Shown: positions 9,775-16,527 of the stretch, piece by piece
Layout: every line of letters begins with the position of its first letter
Numbering within the stretch: the first letter of the stretch is position 1
NCBI GenBank assembly: GCA_034723415.1
Contig: JAYEOX010000109.1
Location: 63,819 to 81,990 of the forward strand
Direction of reading: 5' to 3'
Source of the DNA: Fidelibacterota bacterium
Lineage (GTDB): Bacteria; Fidelibacterota; Fidelibacteria; Fidelibacterales; Fidelibacteraceae
DNA length: 18,172 nucleotides
The notes under the pieces: model-generated
The model's input: the letters and a program-made list of their open reading frames with translations, nothing else
Database searches by the model: none
Told to the model about the DNA's origin: nothing
Position numbers and translations under genes: made by a program

Positions 9775-9811
9775 TAAAACTTCGGAAGATTTATAAACTT
9801 TCGAAGTTTTA
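9775..9811. repeat. REP-like nested palindrome / possible terminator
   Basis: TAAAACTTCGGAAG-atttataaa-CTTTCGAAGTTTTA, 14-bp stem with one G:T; each arm is itself near-palindromic. Confidence 0.7.
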
Positions 9812-9821
9812 TTGTTTTTTT

Positions 9822-9850
9822 GACAACTTTTATTTAAACTATGTGTCTAA
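9822..9850 (+). promoter_or_regulatory. Putative ECF sigma-factor promoter upstream of the TolC gene
   Basis: GACAAC-17bp-GTCTAA, matching the AAC...GTC architecture of ECF promoters. Confidence 0.45.
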
Positions 9851-9928
9851 TAAAGATATTATGTTTGTGAAAAAAAGATTTAATGTGATATTTACAAACG
9901 ATTATGAAAAATAAAGTGGAGTAATTTA

Positions 9929-11161
9929 ATGAGAATGAAGAGGATGATATTAATAATTTTAATTTCTAATTTCACTTTTTTATTTGCTCAAAATAACGAA
10001 TCATTGACTCTTAATGATTGCATTGATTTGGCAATAAAAAATAATCCTACATTAGAAAGAAGTGAATTAACAGTTGATCAAATGCATGTAAATACAAAAA
10101 AAGCATATTCATATCTCTATCCAAGTGTGAGGTTGTCAGCGAGCAGTTCTGCTTCTGAAAGTGGTGACTGGGAAATGGGTTGGAGTGCCGGTGGATCTGT
10201 AAGTCAAAATATTTATCAGCCGGGAATGTTCTCCGGAATCAAGCAAACGAAGGCAACTGAAAAGATGTCACGGATAAATAACAGTGACGTTATTTCACAA
10301 ATTCGTGAAAGTGTATCGAATTATTTTTATCAGATATTAGCATCTAAAAATTTGATAAGCGTATATGAAAAAAATATACTATTTTCTGAAGAGAATTTAA
10401 AAAAGATTCGAAATATGTATGAATTGGGCTCAAATACAGAATCTGATGTATTGAAAGCCGAAGTGCAAAAGAGCACATTTGAATCTCAGTTAATTCAAGA
10501 AAAGCAGAATAAATTAGGTCTGACAAGATCGCTGAATTTGTTAATGGGAAGAAATGCGGATGTAAATTTATCATTAAAAGAATCAGTTGTGAGAGAATCA
10601 AAAATTCCAAGCATTATAAAAGCAAAAGAATTTTTATTCAAGAATAATCCTGATTTACTTGCATTGTATAAAGAAAAACAAATTCAACAATTATCTTTGA
10701 AGATTTCACGAGAATCATATTTGCCTTCGTTATCTGCATCTTATTCATATTCAAAAGGTGAAAGTTATGGAGTTGAAACAACAAATAATTCGATTTCGTT
10801 AAATGCAGGAGTTACTATATTTAATGGATTTAATAAAAAAAATTCCGTCGAATATGAAAAGATCGGTTTAAAATCTGTTGAAGTAAAGATCAGAGAAAAA
10901 AAACAAATATTGGAACAGATGCTTGTGCAATATTACACATCTCTTGAAACATATGTAAAATTGATTAAAATAAAAGAGATAGAATTAAAGTCGGCAAAAA
11001 GAGATTTAGAATTAGTAACTCAACAATATCAAATTGGATCAAGTACAATTTTGGAGCAGATGAATGCTCAATTATCCGTATTGAATGCAGAAAGTGCATT
11101 AGTAAAGTCAAAATATTCAAAGAAAATTGTAGAAGTAAAAATACAAGAATTAATTTATTAA
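9929..11161 (+). CDS. TolC-family outer membrane efflux protein
   Basis: Signal peptide, LTLNDCIDLAIKNNP, two repeats with Y(L)YP/YLPSLS and YELG/YQIG motifs. Confidence 0.92.
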   Translation: MRMKRMILIILISNFTFLFAQNNESLTLNDCIDLAIKNNPTLERSELTVDQMHVNTKKAYSYLYPSVRLSASSSASESGDWEMGWSAGGSVSQNIYQPGMFSGIKQTKATEKMSRINNSDVISQIRESVSNYFYQILASKNLISVYEKNILFSEENLKKIRNMYELGSNTESDVLKAEVQKSTFESQLIQEKQNKLGLTRSLNLLMGRNADVNLSLKESVVRESKIPSIIKAKEFLFKNNPDLLALYKEKQIQQLSLKISRESYLPSLSASYSYSKGESYGVETTNNSISLNAGVTIFNGFNKKNSVEYEKIGLKSVEVKIREKKQILEQMLVQYYTSLETYVKLIKIKEIELKSAKRDLELVTQQYQIGSSTILEQMNAQLSVLNAESALVKSKYSKKIVEVKIQELIY

Positions 11162-11186
11162 TAGATAAAAATTAGAGGAATTATTT

Positions 11187-12458
11187 ATGAAAAAATGGAT
11201 TATTATCGGTGTTGTAATTTTAGTAGTTGGAGCAATTGTTGTTTTAAATGTTTTGCAAAAGAAAGAAAAAGCTATTCAAGTGCAGACAACTAAAGTGAAA
11301 TTAACAACAATCGAATCAAAAGTATCGGCAAGTGGTACAATATTACCGGTTATACAAGTGGATATTAGTGCAAATGTTGCCGGTGAAATTACGAAAATGT
11401 ATATAAAAGAAGGTGAATTCGTAGAAGAAGGACAGATATTAGCTCAGTTGGATAAGGTGCGATATGAAGCGGAATTGGATAGAGCAAGATCAGTTTACAA
11501 TTCTCGGAAAGCTTCTCTTGCTCTGACAAAGAAGGAATTAAAACGAAGTCGTGCGCTTTATAAAGCCAAAAATATTAGTGAATCGCAGCTGGATCAGGTA
11601 GTTGCGAATTATGAAATAGGAACGAATAATTTGGAACAGGCAAAGGCCTCTTTAGATCAAGCAAAGGATAATTTAAATAAAACAACAATTTTTGCACCGA
11701 TTTCCGGAACAGTAATTGATCTCCGCAAGGAGCAAGGTGAAATTGCAATGGGATCAACTTTTCAAGCAGATATAATTATGTCTGTTGGTGATTTGACACA
11801 GATGGAAGTGGAAGTGGAAGTAAATGAAAACGATGTTGTTGAAGTTAGTATTGGCGATTCTGTAGATATTGAAATCGATGCTATTCCTGATACTTCATTT
11901 AAAGGGATCGTAACGGAAATTGCTCATTCTGCGACTTCATCAGGTGTTGGTACTCAAGAATCGGTAACTAATTATGATGTCGTTGTCAGTATGTTAGAAA
12001 TTCCAAAAGTGTTGCGTTCTGGAATGAGCGCAGCTGTAGAGATATTAACAGAAAAACATAAAAATGTAGTTGGAGTTCCAATTCAAAGTATAACTGTACG
12101 ACCTGAAAATAAAGTAAATATTCGAATGAAAAAAGGATCGAAAGTTGATAATCAAAAAAGAAAAATGAATAAAGATACAGCTGATGTAAAAGGAAACTCC
12201 GGCTATAAAATGTATACCAAAGAAAAAATGTTAGAAGTTGCTTTTATTATAGTTGGTGATACTGCAAAAGCAGTGCCTGTTGAAATAGGGATAGCAAGCG
12301 AAGATCTTTTTGAGATAAAATCCGGATTGTCTGTTGGTGATGAAATTGTTATAGGAAGTCATGAGGCATTGAGTAGAGAATTACAAACCGGAAAATTAGT
12401 TGAAAAAGATTCTAAAGGTGGAAAAAACAAAGATAGTAAACGAAAAGAAAGAAGGTAA
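11187..12458 (+). CDS. Periplasmic adaptor / membrane fusion protein (MacA/YknX-like)
   Basis: N-terminal TM anchor, ASGTI.P, EG..V..GQ.LA.LD, coiled hairpin, IFAPISGTV, V.E.D. Confidence 0.93.
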   Translation: MKKWIIIGVVILVVGAIVVLNVLQKKEKAIQVQTTKVKLTTIESKVSASGTILPVIQVDISANVAGEITKMYIKEGEFVEEGQILAQLDKVRYEAELDRARSVYNSRKASLALTKKELKRSRALYKAKNISESQLDQVVANYEIGTNNLEQAKASLDQAKDNLNKTTIFAPISGTVIDLRKEQGEIAMGSTFQADIIMSVGDLTQMEVEVEVNENDVVEVSIGDSVDIEIDAIPDTSFKGIVTEIAHSATSSGVGTQESVTNYDVVVSMLEIPKVLRSGMSAAVEILTEKHKNVVGVPIQSITVRPENKVNIRMKKGSKVDNQKRKMNKDTADVKGNSGYKMYTKEKMLEVAFIIVGDTAKAVPVEIGIASEDLFEIKSGLSVGDEIVIGSHEALSRELQTGKLVEKDSKGGKNKDSKRKERR

Positions 12459-12461
12459 AAA

Positions 12462-13199
12462 GTGGCATTATTAGAATTAAGTAATATTTTTAAAACATAT
12501 AAAATCGGTAGTGTAGAAGTTCATGCTTTGCAGGGCTTGAATACAGTTATTGAAAAGAATGAATATGTGTCAATTATGGGGGCATCCGGATCGGGGAAAT
12601 CAACTTTAATGAATGTCATAGGATGTTTGGATACACCAACTTCCGGTAGTTATCTCCTTGATGGTTTAACTGTACATTCCAACGATAAAAAAAAATCAAA
12701 ATTAGATGATAATGAGTTAGCAGAAATCCGTAATCAGAAAATTGGCTTTGTATTTCAAACTTTTAATTTACTTCCACGAGCAACTGCTTTGCACAATGTA
12801 GAATTACCTTTAATTTATGCTGGAGTATCTAAAAAAGCGAGAATGGGAAAAGCACATTCTACCCTAATTGAAGTTGGACTTGGTGATCGTATGCATCACA
12901 GACCAAATGAATTGTCAGGTGGTCAACGACAGAGAGTAGCAATGGCGAGAGCTTTAGTTAACAATCCTTCAATTATTCTCGCAGATGAACCGACAGGAAA
13001 TCTTGATAGTAAAACAAGTGCTGAAATTATGGTTCTTCTCGATAAATTGCATTCTGTTGGAAATACGATCATTCTCGTTACTCATGAACATGATATTGCA
13101 GAACATGCACATAGAATTATTACACTTCTCGATGGTAAAGTTTCTAAAGATAGCAAAACGAAAAATGGTAGCAAGAATAAATTAATTAACAACAATTAA
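12462..13199 (+). CDS. ABC transporter ATP-binding protein (MacB/LolD/YknY-like)
   Basis: Walker [20 protein letters not shown], signature LSGGQRQR, Walker [19 protein letters not shown] start. Confidence 0.96.
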   Translation: MALLELSNIFKTYKIGSVEVHALQGLNTVIEKNEYVSIMGASGSGKSTLMNVIGCLDTPTSGSYLLDGLTVHSNDKKKSKLDDNELAEIRNQKIGFVFQTFNLLPRATALHNVELPLIYAGVSKKARMGKAHSTLIEVGLGDRMHHRPNELSGGQRQRVAMARALVNNPSIILADEPTGNLDSKTSAEIMVLLDKLHSVGNTIILVTHEHDIAEHAHRIITLLDGKVSKDSKTKNGSKNKLINNN

Positions 13200-13226
13200 A
13201 TATATATGAAAAAAGGGAAAATATAA

Positions 13227-14444
13227 ATGGGGCAATTGTGGGAAAGTTTTATCATGGCTTTCAAAGATGTATTTGCAAATAAGACAAGAAGTTTCTTAAC
13301 TATGCTAGGCATTATTATCGGGATTTTATCTGTTTCGCTTATGGGAACTGCTATTTCAGGTATCAATAATACATTTGAAAATAGTATGGATATGATGGGA
13401 AATGATGTTTTACATTTACAAAAATTCCCTTGGTTTATGAAAGGTGGCGATTGGTGGGATTTCAGGAATCGACCTAATATGAAAGTAGAATATGCAGAAA
13501 AAATATTACAGCGATCTAAAAAAATATCTTTTGCTACTCCTGAAATGCAAAATATGGGAAACATAAGATATGGTGATAATTCTATTCAAGGTGTATTTAT
13601 AGATGCGGCAAATTGGCAATTGCAATTTGTGAATTCTCTGGATTTCTCAGCTGGTAGATTTTACACGAAAGCCGAGGATAGAAATGCTTCGAAAGTAGTT
13701 GTGATCGGTTATGGAATTAAAGACAATTTATTTCCAAGCCAAAATCCAATTGGAGAAGAAGTCAGAATTAGAGGAATGAAGTATAAAGTAATTGGAACTC
13801 TGAAAGAACAGGGAAAATTTTTAGGACTATTCAGTTTCGATAACATGGCTATAATTCCTTTAAGATCAGCATATTCAATTTTTGGACGCAGAAAGCACAT
13901 GTCAATAACTTTAAAAGTTCGTGAGGGATTTAAAGTTGATGAAGCCAAAGAAGAAGTAAGAATAATAATGCGTTCATTAAGAGGTTTGAAACCAGTTGAA
14001 AAGGACAATTTTGCAATTAATCAACAAGAAGCATTCCGTCAGCAGTTTTCAGCGATAAAAATGGGGATATCAGGTGCCGGTTTTGGGATAACTGCTTTAG
14101 CTTTATTGGTTGGTGGAATTGGAATAATGAACATTATGTTCGTAAGTGTAAGGGAAAGAACAAAAGAGATTGGAATTAGAAAGGCACTTGGAGCAAAACA
14201 AAATGTTATTCTATTCCAATTTTTAAGTGAGGCGGTAATTATTGCTGTAATCGGAGGAATGATTGGATTGATCATTACTACGAGTTTAGTGGGTTTGTTA
14301 AATAAATTCTTTGTTGCTTCTCTATCTATTGAATTAATAATTATTTCATTATCTGTTTCCATAATTACCGGAGTATTGTCCGGAATTGTTCCTGCAAGAA
14401 AAGCAGCTAAATTAGATCCGATAGATGCAATAAGATATGAGTAG
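13227..14444 (+). CDS. ABC transporter permease (MacB periplasmic + FtsX domains), copy 1
   Basis: RSFLTMLGIIIG, VGGIGIMNIMFVSVRERTKEIGIRKALGA, QFL.EA, PA.KAA.LDPIDAIRYE. Confidence 0.95.
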   Translation: MGQLWESFIMAFKDVFANKTRSFLTMLGIIIGILSVSLMGTAISGINNTFENSMDMMGNDVLHLQKFPWFMKGGDWWDFRNRPNMKVEYAEKILQRSKKISFATPEMQNMGNIRYGDNSIQGVFIDAANWQLQFVNSLDFSAGRFYTKAEDRNASKVVVIGYGIKDNLFPSQNPIGEEVRIRGMKYKVIGTLKEQGKFLGLFSFDNMAIIPLRSAYSIFGRRKHMSITLKVREGFKVDEAKEEVRIIMRSLRGLKPVEKDNFAINQQEAFRQQFSAIKMGISGAGFGITALALLVGGIGIMNIMFVSVRERTKEIGIRKALGAKQNVILFQFLSEAVIIAVIGGMIGLIITTSLVGLLNKFFVASLSIELIIISLSVSIITGVLSGIVPARKAAKLDPIDAIRYE

Positions 14445-14628
14445 TTTTACTTGATTTTGTAAAAGTGAAGCGAGAACGGAGTTAAGGAAAATCTGGAAAT
14501 TAGAAAAATAGGGAATAAATTGCCACGAATACATAAATAATAATTTATACTTCCTGCTCGCTTGCCTGTGGAAGACAAGCTGCAGGCGGAAAAAATGGGA
14601 AAAATAAAAGAATTAAAGGAATAACTTA
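14445..14628. repeat. Intergenic short-repeat mosaic with nested palindrome
   Basis: AAATTGCCACGAATACATAAATA shares blocks with 682-698 and 825-836; hairpin at 14553-14586. Confidence 0.7.
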
Positions 14629-15855
14629 ATGAACCTAAAAGAAATATTATATTCGTCATTTGATTCGATAAGACAAAATAAAACAAGATCATTTTTGACT
14701 TTATTAGGAGTTATTATTGGTATTTTTTCGATCATTGGTGTAATGACTGCAATGAATATTTTATCATCTTCTATGGAAACAAATTTAAGTACTTTAGGAA
14801 CGAACACATTTCAAATTCAAAAATATCCAAGTATTAATTTTGGTCCTGGCAGCCGTAAAAAATATCACAATAGGAAAAATTTAACTTATGAAGATTACTT
14901 AAAATTGGAAAAGAGAATTACAATTGCCGATTATATATCCGGTGAGGATTGGCACTATACAACAGTAAGATTTGAAGATAAAAAAACAGAGTCAAATATA
15001 CCAATTGGAGGTGTTACTCCTGAATGGGATTATACAAATAGTTATGATATAAAAGAGGGAAGAATGATCACGGATCAAGATATTCGCCATCAAAGCAATG
15101 TTGCTATTGTTGGACAGGATATTATTGATATTTTAATGCCACAATATTATCCGATTGGTCAAAAAATTAAAATTGCTGGCGTTAAATTTAAAATTATTGG
15201 AATTTGGAGTGAAAAAGGTGAATTTTTTGGTGAATCAAAAGATAATCGTGTAATAATACCTTTAACAACTCATTTAAAGATGTTTAGTGGTAAAAGAACG
15301 AGTTTACATTATTGTGTTAGTACTATAGATCAAAATAGATTTGAATTAGCTAAAGATGAAGTCATTTATAATTTAAGAACAATTCGAGGAGTTGAACCCG
15401 GTGAAGAAAATGATTTTGAAATTTTTTCAAATACTTCACTAATAGAATCGTTTAATAAAGTTATGGATTCTGTTAAAATGGGTGGACTTATTATTAGTTC
15501 CATTGCATTGTTGGCTGCCGGAATTGGTATAATGAATATTATGTTGGTTTCAGTGAGCGAACGAACTCGTGAAATTGGTATAAGAAAAAGTATTGGCGCA
15601 AGAAACAATGATATTATGAGGCAATTTTTATTAGAAGCATTAATTTTAACATTAATTGGTGGAATAATTGGAATACTGCTTGGAATTATTGGTGGAAATA
15701 TTTTAGCAATTGTCTTGAAAATGAATGCTATGATCCCCTGGGATTGGATTGTTATTGGTGTTGTTGTTTGTTCTTTAATCGGAGGAATTTTTGGAACATA
15801 TCCGGCAGTGAAAGCAGCTCATCTTGATCCGATCGATGCGTTAAGATATGAATAA
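14629..15855 (+). CDS. ABC transporter permease (MacB periplasmic + FtsX domains), copy 2
   Basis: RSFLTLLGVIIG, AAGIGIMNIMLVSVSERTREIGIRKSIGA, QFLLEA, YPA.KAA.LDPIDALRYE. Confidence 0.95.
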   Translation: MNLKEILYSSFDSIRQNKTRSFLTLLGVIIGIFSIIGVMTAMNILSSSMETNLSTLGTNTFQIQKYPSINFGPGSRKKYHNRKNLTYEDYLKLEKRITIADYISGEDWHYTTVRFEDKKTESNIPIGGVTPEWDYTNSYDIKEGRMITDQDIRHQSNVAIVGQDIIDILMPQYYPIGQKIKIAGVKFKIIGIWSEKGEFFGESKDNRVIIPLTTHLKMFSGKRTSLHYCVSTIDQNRFELAKDEVIYNLRTIRGVEPGEENDFEIFSNTSLIESFNKVMDSVKMGGLIISSIALLAAGIGIMNIMLVSVSERTREIGIRKSIGARNNDIMRQFLLEALILTLIGGIIGILLGIIGGNILAIVLKMNAMIPWDWIVIGVVVCSLIGGIFGTYPAVKAAHLDPIDALRYE

Positions 15856-15893
15856 ATGTCAATTGTAGATAGAGAATTAAAAAAAGGGAAAAA

Positions 15894-15956
15894 ATGAAAA
15901 AGAATGTAATAGAAGGTAAGAGTATTACTTTTACTTTGAAAATTGTAAAGCTGTAA
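15894..15956 (+). pseudogene. N-terminal relic of a probable four-helix-bundle protein gene
   Basis: ATG 15894 gives MKKNVIEGKSITFTLKIVKL*, resembling the recalled N-terminus MKxNxIxxKSxxFAxxIVKLY of TIGR02436-type proteins; only 20 codons. Confidence 0.5.
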
Positions 15957-15960
15957 TATT

Positions 15961-16290
15961 TGAAACACCCCGAAAATTCAAGATAAATAAAATATTCTAA
16001 TTATGTTTTTATTAATTTAAATATGAATACGATTTATGGAGTAAAATAACCGTGTTATTTTATTAAATTTCGGAGAAATTTAAATATGATGGCAAATTAA
16101 TGGAATATTTGTAAAAAAAGCTTCGCTTTTTTGCATTAACACGGTTAATGCACTCCAAAAAAACAAAGCAATCTATTAATAAAATAAATTAATATGATAA
16201 TATTAAAAACAATTTAAAAATATTATTTATGTAACATACTATGCTATCGATAGTTATACGAATTATCCTCGTTTTTTTCGGGGTGTTTCA
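15961..16290. mobile_element. 330-bp non-autonomous element (MITE-like) with 16-bp TIRs and 16-bp target duplication
   Basis: TGAAACACCCCGAAAA (15961-15976) and TTTTCGGGGTGTTTCA (16275-16290) form a perfect inverted pair; GTAAAGCTGTAATATT directly abuts both ends (15945-15960, 16291-16306); no ORF of 60 aa or more in the track. Confidence 0.9.
16038..16156. repeat. Inverted REP-like doublet (two double-hairpin units) inside the MITE
   Basis: GGAG-TAAAATAAC-cgt-GTTATTTTA on + and GGAG-TGCATTAAC-cgt-GTTAATGCA on -, each followed by a second perfect hairpin. Confidence 0.8.
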
Positions 16291-16308
16291 GTAAAGCTGT
16301 AATATTTT

Positions 16309-16337
16309 TTGACTTTAACGATTTAATTTTTTATTAT
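16309..16337 (+). promoter_or_regulatory. Putative sigma70 promoter
   Basis: TTGACT-17bp-TATTAT (5/6 and 5/6 consensus matches) immediately after the right target duplication. Confidence 0.55.
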
Positions 16338-16527
16338 ACATCAGTAGCAAAAGAATTGTTTTTTTAAATAAAAAAAAAGAGATAACTAGTGAACAAATTC
16401 ATCTAAAAAATTAGGAATAAAACCAATCTATTCCGGGTAGCCAATAATTAATCGTGCAAATAATTGGTTGGTAATGTTAAAATAGACAAATATTATGAAT
16501 AAAATCAAATGAAAATAGGGGGAAAGC

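Noticed and set aside
9820..9853. TTGACA as a sigma70 -35 box upstream of tolC
   Set aside because: No credible -10 at 16-18 bp spacing; the overlapping AAC-N17-GTC fits an ECF promoter better.
14100..15855. Nucleotide similarity between the 3' parts of the two permeases as a DGR template/variable repeat pair
   Set aside because: Similarity follows conserved FtsX-domain motifs of paralogues, mismatches are not confined to adenines, and no reverse transcriptase is present.
16038..16156. Integron attC site
   Set aside because: The hairpins are short perfect stems without the R/L box arrangement and extrahelical bases, and there is no upstream cassette ORF or integrase.
15945..16306. The 16-bp direct repeat as a CRISPR repeat or prophage att pair
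   Set aside because: Only two copies, 330 bp apart, abutting inverted repeats; no cas or integrase gene in the window. A TSD is the simpler reading.
16385..16495. Possible c-di-GMP or other riboswitch in the long leader
   Set aside because: Lacks the GGCAAAC/GAAA/GACGCAAA core; only a weak AT-rich inverted repeat is visible.
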